The position numbers were made by a program, and so were the translations under genes. Positions 46,726 through 56,415 of a DNA stretch of 64,000 nt are shown piece by piece (position 1 is the stretch's first letter; every line of letters begins with the position of its first letter). Location: positions 54,006 through 118,005 of the IMG/VR virus record IMGVR_UViG_3300028197_001695; one strand, given 5' to 3'. Below the pieces are notes generated by a model that made no database searches, was not told the DNA's origin, and saw only the letters and a program-made list of their open reading frames with translations. Origin of the DNA: a virus.

Positions 46726-49283
46726 TTTTTATTCAGATCTCTAAGCTTCATCATGATTTTAGTATCAATCACCCTAGCCGAAGTTATAAAACTACTACCA
46801 CGGCCTTTACTAGCATTCAAGATCAAAATGCACTCTTTCGATATTTTATATTGTGAAAGGAAGTCTGAAAGAGTATTAGATCTAGAATTATCCATCATTA
46901 AAAATTTAGATGAGCCTGTATTGTCTGAAACATTAATCATCATATACTTATTACCGCTTTGAGAGATATTTGTGAAGAAATCTTTTACTTGGCAAGCTAC
47001 CTTGAAACTCGTTCTTTCTGAGATCTCATCTATTTCTCTTAGACTACTCATGGAACCGAATTCATCTTCAAAGCAGTCTCTCAAATCGAAAGAGTAACTA
47101 TAACCCAATAAAGTATTTTCATACCACCAATTACAAAACTTCTGGAATGGCTTATTCTTGTCGAAGATCTCTTTGTAATTCTTAAAATTTTTCTTAAAGG
47201 TATTAAACCTAGATTCTTTCATTATTGGGCGACCATCATCAGCAATAGCGTTCACCCTTATCACTTCCGATATTGCTTTTAAAACATCATCACCAAACCT
47301 CTCTTTAAATAGATTAAAATTTCTCTTCTCCCTGTCTGTCAATATGTTGAAAGCTTGAGCCTCTAAAACTAACCTGCCTCTTTTTTCTGTAGACTCGTCC
47401 ATAGATCCAGCTTGAATCAAAGCAGCTAGCACTGAGATATTAATTCCACAATTTTTAGCTGCCATGAATACATCATATTTGCTTTCAAACCCGTCTGACC
47501 CTTTGAAAGATAAAAGACCTTCTTTAGATTTAGAAGAAATACCTTTGATTCCATTAAGGCCATATCTAATGTTGTCACCTTCAATAGAAAAGTCCATTTT
47601 TGATTTAAATAGGCTTGGAGGTAATAATCGAACACCAAAGTAATCTAACTCTTGATGGACAGAAGCAACAACTTCAAGAGGCTCTGGGTCAAACTCAGAA
47701 GACTCAAGGACAGACAAGAAGAACTCTCTAGGATATTTGTACTTCAAATAAACTGTCTTAGCTGCCAATTCAGCATAAGCGAAACTGTGAGACTTGTTGA
47801 ATGAGTAGTCAGCAGAAGCTTGTAGGGCAGTCCAGTAGAAATCACTGATCTGACTATCTAAACCTAGAGCTTGTGCAGCATCATAAATTCTATCTTTCCA
47901 CTTCGGCATTTCCTCAACCTTCTTCTTACCAACAATGCGACGAAGAGTTTCTGCCTCTTCTAGAGTCAAACCGAAAACCTTGTTAGCAATCTGCATCAAC
48001 TGCTCTTGATACAAGATAACGTTTTTAGACCAAGATAGGATTTCATCTAGCTCTTTATGAAGGTTGCTTGATTGAGGGGCTTGTTTCTGTCGGACATATT
48101 CGTCAACAAATTGTAAAGCCCCCGGTCTAGCAAGAGCTACAACGTCAGAAAGTTCATTGAGATTGTCAGGCTTTACGTCTTGGCAAACCCTGAAGTTTGT
48201 ATCTGCTGAAATCTGGAAGAGACCTTCTGGATGATTATAGGTTTGAAGCTTCTCATATATGAATGGGTCATTAGGGTCTATTTCATCTATGCCAATGCCA
48301 ATCTTGTCGCAAGTCCTGTGAGCGATTGTTAATGTCCTAAGACCAAGAATATCGAACTTAACCATGAGGTCAGCAACATCGTGCATATTGTAACCTGTTA
48401 CTAAGTCTCCATCTTTAGTTTTTTGAAGAGGCACAACATCTCCTATTGATTGAGAGCAAATAGCAATGCCAGATGGATGGACTCCTGTGTTTTTAATTAG
48501 ATTCTCAATCTTCTTCGCATTAATAAAAGTCCTACTATGTTTTTTAGCCCAATTGTCGAGCTTCTCATTCTCTTCTCTCGCATTATCTAAAGAAGATACT
48601 TTGCCATGAAGTTTCGGAATCATGTCACTAACTGAATTAGCTTGGTCCTCTTTGGCTTCATCAAAATACTTGGTAGCCTCTCTAATGCAAAGCTTCGAAC
48701 TAAAAGTGTTGAAGGTTAAAATTTTTGCTGTCCTGCCCTTATGTTTTTCTTCAATGTATTGAATGACTCTCTGTCTTTGCTCATAACTGATATCTGAGTC
48801 AACATCAGGAAGTAGACTGCCAACAAGAAACTCTTTATTTCGTTTGTCGTAAACTTTTTTAGCACGACTCTTTGATACAAAACGTTCAAAGAACAAATTG
48901 TGAGGAATGGGATCAATATTAGTAACCCTAAGCAAATACAAAACTAAAGATCCAGCAGCAGAACCACGACCTGCTCCGGTGGGAATACTATTTTCATGGC
49001 AAAAGTTTAAAACATCCCAATTTAACAAAATATAATCTGTAAATCCAAGCTCTTCAAAAGTCTCTAGCTCTTGTTTGGCACGATCAAAATATTCTTTTTT
49101 ATTCTCATACTTTGTAATTCCTTTGTCCCGCAATCCTTTGCGGGTAAGCTCATACATAATTTCTTTAGTGGAGCTTTCTTCGCCAAGCCCAATACTCCTC
49201 AATACAGCTTCGCTGACAGAAGTCTTAGGTAATTCAACGCCAATAGGCTCACAATCGTCGTAAACAGAAAAATCTTTAAACAT
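46722..49283 (-). CDS. dnaE: DNA polymerase III alpha catalytic part (no PHP domain)
   Basis: GAGRGSAAGS, LFFERF, PDVDSD, GVHPSG, KFDILGLRTL, YSFNKSH, C-terminal OB fold. Confidence 0.93.
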   Translation of the reverse strand: MFKDFSVYDDCEPIGVELPKTSVSEAVLRSIGLGEESSTKEIMYELTRKGLRDKGITKYENKKEYFDRAKQELETFEELGFTDYILLNWDVLNFCHENSIPTGAGRGSAAGSLVLYLLRVTNIDPIPHNLFFERFVSKSRAKKVYDKRNKEFLVGSLLPDVDSDISYEQRQRVIQYIEEKHKGRTAKILTFNTFSSKLCIREATKYFDEAKEDQANSVSDMIPKLHGKVSSLDNAREENEKLDNWAKKHSRTFINAKKIENLIKNTGVHPSGIAICSQSIGDVVPLQKTKDGDLVTGYNMHDVADLMVKFDILGLRTLTIAHRTCDKIGIGIDEIDPNDPFIYEKLQTYNHPEGLFQISADTNFRVCQDVKPDNLNELSDVVALARPGALQFVDEYVRQKQAPQSSNLHKELDEILSWSKNVILYQEQLMQIANKVFGLTLEEAETLRRIVGKKKVEEMPKWKDRIYDAAQALGLDSQISDFYWTALQASADYSFNKSHSFAYAELAAKTVYLKYKYPREFFLSVLESSEFDPEPLEVVASVHQELDYFGVRLLPPSLFKSKMDFSIEGDNIRYGLNGIKGISSKSKEGLLSFKGSDGFESKYDVFMAAKNCGINISVLAALIQAGSMDESTEKRGRLVLEAQAFNILTDREKRNFNLFKERFGDDVLKAISEVIRVNAIADDGRPIMKESRFNTFKKNFKNYKEIFDKNKPFQKFCNWWYENTLLGYSYSFDLRDCFEDEFGSMSSLREIDEISERTSFKVACQVKDFFTNISQSGNKYMMINVSDNTGSSKFLMMDNSRSNTLSDFLSQYKISKECILILNASKGRGSSFITSARVIDTKIMMKLRDLNKK

Positions 49284-49897
49284 TACAAATTCATTTCTTT
49301 TTTAAGTGCAGAAAAAACCTTGAAGCACATCTTATTATCATATAAGGCATCATGCAACTTCTCTTCTTCAAACTCTATGCCAAAGAATTTAAGCAATTGG
49401 TTTTGAGAAACTCTCGACTTGAGGGATCGGTCATGGATTATCTTATACTGCCAACTCAACAAATCTTTCTTGGGCTTGTCGAGATCTTCTCTGTAAGCCT
49501 TGCCGAAGGCTCTAGTGTCATAAATTCGATTAAGATACGAATAATCAGGAGTTTCCCCCAACAACCTTTGCATGCAAGCCACCATGTAGACATCAAAGCC
49601 CAAAAGGTTCTGACCAACAATTTTATATTCTGGGTTAAATAAATCAACTTTAAAATCAGCCCAAACTTTCTTCAAAGGCTCCTTCCTCTCGTTATACTTA
49701 TCCCAACTGAAGCCTGTCAAATGCTCCACTTTTTTATTAATTTGTAGGTCTTTATGGCTAATATATCTATCGTTCTCTTTAATGACTCTATTGCCTTGGC
49801 AAATCAACCATGAAACTTGCCAAGTACGAGAAGAGTGCAAATTAAGACCCTCAGTCTCCGTGTCAAAGACTAAATATTTTTGATTATGTGGTAGCAT
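49283..49897 (-). CDS. DEDDh 3'-5' exonuclease (Pol III epsilon-like)
   Basis: FDTETEG, GQNLLGFD, LHDALYD. Confidence 0.88.
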   Translation of the reverse strand: MLPHNQKYLVFDTETEGLNLHSSRTWQVSWLICQGNRVIKENDRYISHKDLQINKKVEHLTGFSWDKYNERKEPLKKVWADFKVDLFNPEYKIVGQNLLGFDVYMVACMQRLLGETPDYSYLNRIYDTRAFGKAYREDLDKPKKDLLSWQYKIIHDRSLKSRVSQNQLLKFFGIEFEEEKLHDALYDNKMCFKVFSALKKEMNL

Positions 49898-50585
49898 CTT
49901 TATAAGACTCCCAACAGAACTCGTCTGAGCAGAAGTGATTTAAGTTTGGGTTTTGGAAGGTTGGAGTCCTACCTCCAGATCTATTACAAGCTGCTTTATA
50001 CATTTGTAAAGCAGCAAAGTCATCTTTGTCACGATGAAGTATCGTCTTAACAGTTTGAGTCTTAACATCAAGACTGTCAATAATAGATTTAATTTGGAAA
50101 TCAAAGGGGTGATTATTATCTTCGATAAAGTAAACCGGATCTAAGTCTTTAATATCTATGTGAGATAAGCCAAAATGAAATAAATTATTAAAGATATAAG
50201 AGTCGTAGAATGGGACGCACACTTTTAGATTCTTAAAATCAATTTTGTTATACTCAGATAAAATCAAAGAATTTCGGTCATTCAAAGAGGCGTTAGAATA
50301 CATCCTTTTCAAATCTCGTATTCCTTCGTTGTTTTTCGCAAAAAGAGCTAGCTTGCTAGGTTTTTCGCTGTAGTCCCCCTCTGTATTAAGAACAGATATC
50401 TTTAATCCAAAAACAAATGGAACCTCCTCCTCTTGAAAGAGCTTGTTAAATACTCTAAACCCATAAAAAGTGTCTTCAAGTAAAACAACCTTTCCTAATT
50501 GGTCGGTTTTAGCTATATCCAATATTTTCTCTGCGGTGAGAATAGACTTACCTACACTAAACTGACTCTTAAAAAGAGGGATCAT
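49884..50585 (-). CDS. Stand-alone PHP domain of Pol III alpha (metal ligands degenerate)
   Basis: FKSQFSVGKSIL..LEDTFYG..LALFAKNNEG aligns by eye with the DnaE N-terminus but lacks the HxH and TDH histidines. Confidence 0.75.
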   Translation of the reverse strand: MIPLFKSQFSVGKSILTAEKILDIAKTDQLGKVVLLEDTFYGFRVFNKLFQEEEVPFVFGLKISVLNTEGDYSEKPSKLALFAKNNEGIRDLKRMYSNASLNDRNSLILSEYNKIDFKNLKVCVPFYDSYIFNNLFHFGLSHIDIKDLDPVYFIEDNNHPFDFQIKSIIDSLDVKTQTVKTILHRDKDDFAALQMYKAACNRSGGRTPTFQNPNLNHFCSDEFCWESYKDATT

Positions 50586-50591
50586 GCAGGA

Positions 50592-50620
50592 ATTCTAAAG
50601 AAGATCACTCGTGTTGTCAA
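50592..50620 (-). promoter_or_regulatory. sigma70-like leaderless promoter for the polymerase operon
   Basis: TTGACA-17-TAGAAT-6 nt-ATG(50585). Confidence 0.8.
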
Positions 50621-51641
50621 ACGAAAAAGACGGGCAACCAGAATATTTTTTCTTCTCAATATGAGTCCCTACTCCTTCGTCGAGCATAACTTGTAAATTT
50701 TCTTTAACGTAAGACGACTTAATGAACTTGTCTTTTTCTCCAAGCAAATGGTAATACTCAAATGGAAACTTGAATGGACAGTGCCACATTAAATCTCCGT
50801 TCTTTTTTAATTGTCCTACGCGAGTAGCTCTGCCACAAACAATTTTACCAGCAAACCCTTCTTCCTTCGCTGGATACCCCTTATCCCAAGCAAGGCCACT
50901 AACCGCAGTATTGTGATTGAAATTATTGATTACCTGTTGAACATCAGTCAAAAAATATTCAAAACCTTCTAAGTCTAGTTCATCTAACGGCTCCATAGCC
51001 ATAAGACCTTCCCCGTTCAAGTCGAACTTTAAGAATAAGAACTCCATGCGTCTCTTCAAGTATTCTGGATACAAGTATTTAACAGCAAGACAATACATGT
51101 AATCCTGCATGTTGTCTGTATACTCCTTACCTTCAAAGATACTTTTTGAGGTTTTGAAATCTCGGATTATAGCTGTTTTTTTTCTTTTAAATAAAAATAG
51201 TTTATCTATAAAGCCTAGTATCCGATAATCCTTATCGCCTTCATTTACAGAGATGTCGAAATCTTTCTCAGAGATAGCTTCTGTAGGCTTCCCCTCTGTG
51301 TCCCCAAAGAAATCAAAATTCAGACCCTCAACTGTCATCTTGTTGATTAGGTCCATATTCTCAAAGTCGTCTATCTCATACTTTTTAGCGTAAGCTTCTA
51401 TCATCCTCTTAATCGGAGGACTAACATTTATATCTTGAGCTTTGATAATCGCTGTATAATGCTTCCTGTGTTTAGGATTACCTAAGTTCTCAAAAACAGC
51501 ATGGCAGATTGTCCCACGCAAAGATCCATGATTAGATTTATCTGGTAAGCGCAGATGATACTTGGCCCAATATTGCCAAGTACAAGTTTGCATTGTTTTT
51601 ATGCGAGAGGCTGAGAGAGGCTTATTTTTAGATTTCTCCAT
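50595..51641 (-). CDS. PD-(D/E)XK nuclease (RecB/AddB-like) (start revised)
   Basis: LSASRIKT..C.WQY, GTICHAVFE, GFIDKL..IRDFKTSK, C..CPF. Confidence 0.82.
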   Translation of the reverse strand: MEKSKNKPLSASRIKTMQTCTWQYWAKYHLRLPDKSNHGSLRGTICHAVFENLGNPKHRKHYTAIIKAQDINVSPPIKRMIEAYAKKYEIDDFENMDLINKMTVEGLNFDFFGDTEGKPTEAISEKDFDISVNEGDKDYRILGFIDKLFLFKRKKTAIIRDFKTSKSIFEGKEYTDNMQDYMYCLAVKYLYPEYLKRRMEFLFLKFDLNGEGLMAMEPLDELDLEGFEYFLTDVQQVINNFNHNTAVSGLAWDKGYPAKEEGFAGKIVCGRATRVGQLKKNGDLMWHCPFKFPFEYYHLLGEKDKFIKSSYVKENLQVMLDEGVGTHIEKKKYSGCPSFSFDNTSDLL

Positions 51642-52677
51642 AATGGAAGTCGTATTTTTTTTCAAACTTCCGTAAATTGGAAGTGAATGTTTTATTGACC
51701 CCACGTTTATTCATCTCTTTAGCGAAATCAATAACGTTAGCCATCGATTCATTATGTTTAACTGAGTCGCAATATTCAACATATTTATCTATTTGACCTT
51801 TATCCATGTCTCCAAAATCATTCTCTGGAGGAGGGGAAAAGAATACTTTGTCAAAATCAATTTGATCGCAGAGTTTAAATATAGACTTTATTGAGCCTTC
51901 AAATCCCCTGTTCGAACCTGAATTAAAATCATTATTAAACGCAATGATAATTTTATCTAAAGGTAAACTATGAAGTTTAGAAATGAACTTTGGTGAAACG
52001 TTCAAGCCGAAAGAAACAAGTACATTCTTAATCCCAGCGTTAAATAAAGAAATGCAATCTCCAATAGATTCTACCACATATACGCAACGATGTTCTTCAA
52101 TCGCATCAGCGACATCATTTATACTATAATAAGGATAAAACCAATCAGAACACCTCCCATTGTGTAGCCATTTGGGTCTAGGGTCATCTGTTACCTTACG
52201 ACCTGAAAACCCGTGTATCTTACCATCAGAGCGCATAATAGGGAATATAACTCTCTGATACATTTTGCCAGACATAGCTAATCCACATTTAAATTTTTTA
52301 AGAGTATCTTCTGAGATCCCTCTGTTAAAATAAAAATCATAATGAGGCAATAGTCTATTTAAACAAGTATCTGGGTATGTTTTCTCCTCACTCAAAAGAT
52401 GCTTTTTTCTGGCACGTTCATATATATTTACACCATCCGTCTTCAAATAAGAATTTAAAACATTCTTATCATTTGTATTAAGAGTTTTTTGGAGTAAGGC
52501 TTTAAAAGGAAGAAAAATAGAATCCTCTACATAGTCTTTCCAAACTCCAGTGTCTTTATAAATTTGAAGGGCCGTAGTATTACTCCCAGACCTGTAGACT
52601 GCGCTAGTTCTCCAATAAGAACCATGATCTTTGAGTTTATACCCTAAGTCCTCCAAAATAGATCTGTAATCAGTCAT
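51628..52677 (-). CDS. dnaG: DnaG-like TOPRIM primase
   Basis: RVIFPI..GFSGRKV..PKWLH, VVESIGD, IIIAFNND; located next to the helicase. Confidence 0.8.
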   Translation of the reverse strand: MTDYRSILEDLGYKLKDHGSYWRTSAVYRSGSNTTALQIYKDTGVWKDYVEDSIFLPFKALLQKTLNTNDKNVLNSYLKTDGVNIYERARKKHLLSEEKTYPDTCLNRLLPHYDFYFNRGISEDTLKKFKCGLAMSGKMYQRVIFPIMRSDGKIHGFSGRKVTDDPRPKWLHNGRCSDWFYPYYSINDVADAIEEHRCVYVVESIGDCISLFNAGIKNVLVSFGLNVSPKFISKLHSLPLDKIIIAFNNDFNSGSNRGFEGSIKSIFKLCDQIDFDKVFFSPPPENDFGDMDKGQIDKYVEYCDSVKHNESMANVIDFAKEMNKRGVNKTFTSNLRKFEKKYDFHYGEI

Positions 52678-54221
52678 TGCGAAAGAACCATTGGAATATC
52701 GTCATTGCCCTCGTTGGTCTCTAGCGAAACATCAACGTTATTAACAGAGTTTACAATATCTTGAAGGTCTCCTCTTTCTTCGATTCTAAAATTTTGAATA
52801 TTCAAGTTTATAAAGTTCTTTCGGTTAGAACCATCTGGCATCTCAACAGCATTGATAGCACGGAGAGCGTCTTTGCCTAAGTGTCGAGCCTTAAGGTTTA
52901 CTAGCTTATGAGTACCGAATCGATCTCCATCTTGGTGAATTTCATCTGCAACCTTTGTCCTCAACAAAAACAAATGAGAGCAGAATTGAGTAATGCCATC
53001 AGAAAGTGAAACAACGCTTTCATCGTCAACAATAGAGTCTGCGTTACGGTTACTAGTAATTCCAAGTCTATTCGCTTGAACAGAAGTCATCATTGACACG
53101 CAAGGCTTCCCATCAAAACACAAGTCTCTGTGAATAGTCTGCTTGAACAAATGAACCATCGAGGCTACTTGCTGCCAACCTTCATTCTTACCAAGGTTAT
53201 TGAAGTCTGTCTTAATGTAATCAAAACTAAAAATCATTCTGTTACCCCTGCCAACTTTAGAGTAGTAATACCTTTTTAGATAAGAGCACATCTCTTCCGC
53301 AGACATGCCAGCAACATTCACATAATAAAACTGCATATTGCCAGCCTTAATCTTATCCCAAGTTCTACGTACCCTCGCCACAACCTCTTCAACAGACCAG
53401 TCCTTATAGCTAGAAGTTCTCCACTTTCCACTTTGTAGGAGGTAAACGGGGATACCACTCATCGCAGAACATTGACGGAAAGTAAGCTCTTCTTCACTCA
53501 TCTCCCCATTGTCAAAGTGTAAGACGGGGATGTTATATTTAGCTCCAGTTCTTGTAGTATAGTCCATGCAGAACTGAGTTTTTCCCACGCCAGAACGAGC
53601 TACAATAACAGAGATATTACCCTCAAGAAGAAGAGATCCGTAAATCTCGTTTATTCTTTCGTGTGGACCCATTAATCCAGATTCTTCAACAGGATTATTC
53701 CCTCTATCTTCCACTAAATCTTCCATCATGTCAAAAAGATTAACTGGTCCATCGTCAGAGAACTCAAACTCTTTGATATTTTTATTATAGATTTCGTCAG
53801 CTTTATCTATAATTTCTGAATATTTTATGTCAGGATCGACCTTTTTAACATAAGAGGCTACGTCCCTTGCGGAGCGATAAATCTCTCTACGCGCAGAGAA
53901 CTTTTTCAATTCCTTTACCGAAGAAATAAATATATCTTCTGTTATCTTATGATAGACAAGGGAGCGAATATATTCTGGGAGATCAATACTATCTGGGAAA
54001 CTGACCTTGAGCTGTTCTAACCTTGGTATGAGGATGGTGTCATCTATAGTCTCTGTGTTATTCAGAGCATTTCGGATGAGCTTGAAGATAGATAGATTTA
54101 CAACAGAATCATCGCTAAAGAAATCTTTTTCATTTAAGAACACTGAAACTTCAGCCCACTTGTGAGGGTGCTGGAGAAGACCTTTCAAAACTGTCTTCTC
54201 TAAGTCTAAGCTAGCTATCAT
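52674..54221 (-). CDS. dnaB: Replicative DnaB-like helicase
   Basis: ARSGVGKT, GEMSEEEL, FDYIK, QANR. Confidence 0.88.
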   Translation of the reverse strand: MIASLDLEKTVLKGLLQHPHKWAEVSVFLNEKDFFSDDSVVNLSIFKLIRNALNNTETIDDTILIPRLEQLKVSFPDSIDLPEYIRSLVYHKITEDIFISSVKELKKFSARREIYRSARDVASYVKKVDPDIKYSEIIDKADEIYNKNIKEFEFSDDGPVNLFDMMEDLVEDRGNNPVEESGLMGPHERINEIYGSLLLEGNISVIVARSGVGKTQFCMDYTTRTGAKYNIPVLHFDNGEMSEEELTFRQCSAMSGIPVYLLQSGKWRTSSYKDWSVEEVVARVRRTWDKIKAGNMQFYYVNVAGMSAEEMCSYLKRYYYSKVGRGNRMIFSFDYIKTDFNNLGKNEGWQQVASMVHLFKQTIHRDLCFDGKPCVSMMTSVQANRLGITSNRNADSIVDDESVVSLSDGITQFCSHLFLLRTKVADEIHQDGDRFGTHKLVNLKARHLGKDALRAINAVEMPDGSNRKNFINLNIQNFRIEERGDLQDIVNSVNNVDVSLETNEGNDDIPMVLSQ

Positions 54222-54439
54222 TCGCCCACCTCCTGCTGTTGGAATATTTCAACCAATTTAGTGAGAGCCATGTCAACACAAGCATTGTCTGTTTTACTGG
54301 AGAAGGTAGGATGGCCTGATTCATTTATGTAAAATAAAAAGAATCCTTTGTTTCCTCCACTAGGAGAACCAGTACAGTCGAACAATTTAGTAAGGATGCT
54401 TTGAGGTAAAGTATTTTCTGTTTTATCAAAAAGATTCAT
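54218..54439 (-). CDS. Hypothetical protein
   Basis: ORF with overlaps at both ends. Confidence 0.6.
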   Translation of the reverse strand: MNLFDKTENTLPQSILTKLFDCTGSPSGGNKGFFLFYINESGHPTFSSKTDNACVDMALTKLVEIFQQQEVGE

Positions 54440-54843
54440 ATTACGTCTAACTCGTTTAGTAGATCTTCATTCAGAGTATCTTTCTCTAGTATTCTTACAA
54501 GTCTAATTTTGTTAATATCGCAAAAATATTCCTTTTTCTCGTCTCTTTGCAATTGTGACAGAAAATTCTGCCTTGAGTTTGAGTGAAAAAATTTATTAAA
54601 TTTGTAATGCTGGTTGCCATCAACTTCTATTGCAAGTTTTTTATTCGCGTTATAAAAGTCTATAGTCATTCTAGTTCCAAGAACAGGGAACTCTTCAAAA
54701 ACTACATCTGAAATCCAGTGTGAGTATAAAAGGTCTTTTACTTTTTTTTGGATCTTACTCCGACACTTTTTATCCCAGTCAATTAAATATTTCGATGAGT
54801 TTTTTAGCTTCTGTTCACGACCAGTTGTCGTAAGAAAAATCAT
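54436..54843 (-). CDS. DUF559/Vsr-like endonuclease
   Basis: IDFY..LAIEVDGNQHY..DEKK..IRLVRI. Confidence 0.75.
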   Translation of the reverse strand: MIFLTTTGREQKLKNSSKYLIDWDKKCRSKIQKKVKDLLYSHWISDVVFEEFPVLGTRMTIDFYNANKKLAIEVDGNQHYKFNKFFHSNSRQNFLSQLQRDEKKEYFCDINKIRLVRILEKDTLNEDLLNELDVI

Positions 54844-55967
54844 ACAAAAATATTCTCAGCAATAAATAAGTGCATCCCCTTAGTGATTTCCTCACTGTTC
54901 TCTAAAAGGTCATACAGAGCTTTCATCCCCTGATACTTCTCTTGAACTTCGACTCCCCTATCAGCAAGATACTTGATAAGTTCAGCATCAATCTTAAACC
55001 AAGAAGCAGACTTCTCAATAAAGTTCCACATTAAAAGCATCTCAATGATCTCACGCTCAATCCAAATAGACTTACCATCAGATCGACCATGCTTGATTGG
55101 GTAACGAATACGCATACCAGTACTTTCATTCGTAGACTTCTGAATATGAACTTTCGCGTAATGACCTATAATAGAATTCTCTGGGCTTGGCCTTGCCTTT
55201 TGATCTTGTAGAATTAGATCAGATTGGTTTCTTCTTTCGAAGTTTATAATCCAGTCTGGATAGTGAAGAGCTGCATTGCCACCGCTAGAATTAGTTTGGT
55301 TGTTTGGATCACTAGGAGCATATTGATTAGTCTTTATAGTTGACCGAACCTGAGAGACCATAATACACATATGACCAAATTTACCCATTCCAAGACTAAC
55401 TCGCTTTAAGAAATCTGAAGTAAGAGATGCACCTGCTGCAACTTTTGCTGCATCACTGGTAGTCTTCTCTAGATCAGATTTAGGAAGCAAGCCATCCATA
55501 CTGTCGATGACAATGCAAAATTTTTCTCTATCTGGATTATTTCTTAGTAATTCTCTAAGACCATCAAAAACTGTGTCGTAAATGTGACACTCCCAAACAA
55601 GGCAAGTGCCTAAATCCCAGTCTTCTGGGTCAGTCACAAATTTCAATCCAGAACGCTTTTGGATGTCTGCTGATAAACGACCCTCCGCTTTGATATAAAG
55701 ACCCTTGGTCTTCTCTACCGTCTCAAGCATATTCTTCATAACATGAAGAGCTTCATTTGTTTTACCACCCTCGTTACAACCAATGAAACGCTGGAGTCCA
55801 GCTCCAAGACCTCCACCCACAAACTGATCTAGAATTAGGGAGCCAGTCGAAACTATGTAAGGCTTTGCAGTCTCTTCATAGTTGTAGTGGAATTCTTTAT
55901 TACTCTTAAAAAACTTCGACATAAATTGCGAAGTCCCAACTTTTTCTTTTGCACTTTTCTTACTCAT
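54840..55967 (-). CDS. recA: RecA/UvsX-like recombinase
   Basis: STGSLILD, GCNEGGKT, IVIDSMD, VSQVR, SSGGNAALH. Confidence 0.85.
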   Translation of the reverse strand: MSKKSAKEKVGTSQFMSKFFKSNKEFHYNYEETAKPYIVSTGSLILDQFVGGGLGAGLQRFIGCNEGGKTNEALHVMKNMLETVEKTKGLYIKAEGRLSADIQKRSGLKFVTDPEDWDLGTCLVWECHIYDTVFDGLRELLRNNPDREKFCIVIDSMDGLLPKSDLEKTTSDAAKVAAGASLTSDFLKRVSLGMGKFGHMCIMVSQVRSTIKTNQYAPSDPNNQTNSSGGNAALHYPDWIINFERRNQSDLILQDQKARPSPENSIIGHYAKVHIQKSTNESTGMRIRYPIKHGRSDGKSIWIEREIIEMLLMWNFIEKSASWFKIDAELIKYLADRGVEVQEKYQGMKALYDLLENSEEITKGMHLFIAENIFV

Positions 55968-56406
55968 CTAAAAAATCTCTCAGGGTTTTTCTTTTTTCGA
56001 TCAATCTATCTTCTCCGAATTTGAGCTTGTGGTCAACCATTTTCTCGGAGTTTTTTGGCTTGTAGTAAAATTCCCTGTGTTTTTTATCTAAGTATACTAA
56101 TCCCTCCTTGGTCAAGAAATATTTTATTGACCCATTAAACTTAAATGGAGGCTTGACCTTTAATAAAAAGTCAACGTCATTTTCAAAACGCTTAAACAGC
56201 TTTGTAGCTGCGATCATATCCAGTTTGTAATTAATAGAAGGCTGATCATTCAGCATCTTCCTTATAAACTGTTGCCTCTCTTTAAAGTAAGAAGGTTTTT
56301 TGGCTGTTTTTTTTTGATTTTTAAAACTAAACCCGCATTCACAAACTAGAGAACGAGCAGAGCATAAGGCAGAACATTTTGGACATTCTTTTTTACCCTT
56401 TGGCAT
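55960..56406 (-). CDS. Zinc-ribbon protein
   Basis: CPKC..CSAR..CECG. Confidence 0.6.
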   Translation of the reverse strand: MPKGKKECPKCSALCSARSLVCECGFSFKNQKKTAKKPSYFKERQQFIRKMLNDQPSINYKLDMIAATKLFKRFENDVDFLLKVKPPFKFNGSIKYFLTKEGLVYLDKKHREFYYKPKNSEKMVDHKLKFGEDRLIEKRKTLRDFLDE

Positions 56407-56415
56407 AAATCAATC

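Noticed and set aside
46722-55967. Inteins or self-splicing introns in dnaE, dnaB or recA
   Set aside because: Lengths are ordinary, and no intein terminal motifs or homing-endonuclease insertions were seen
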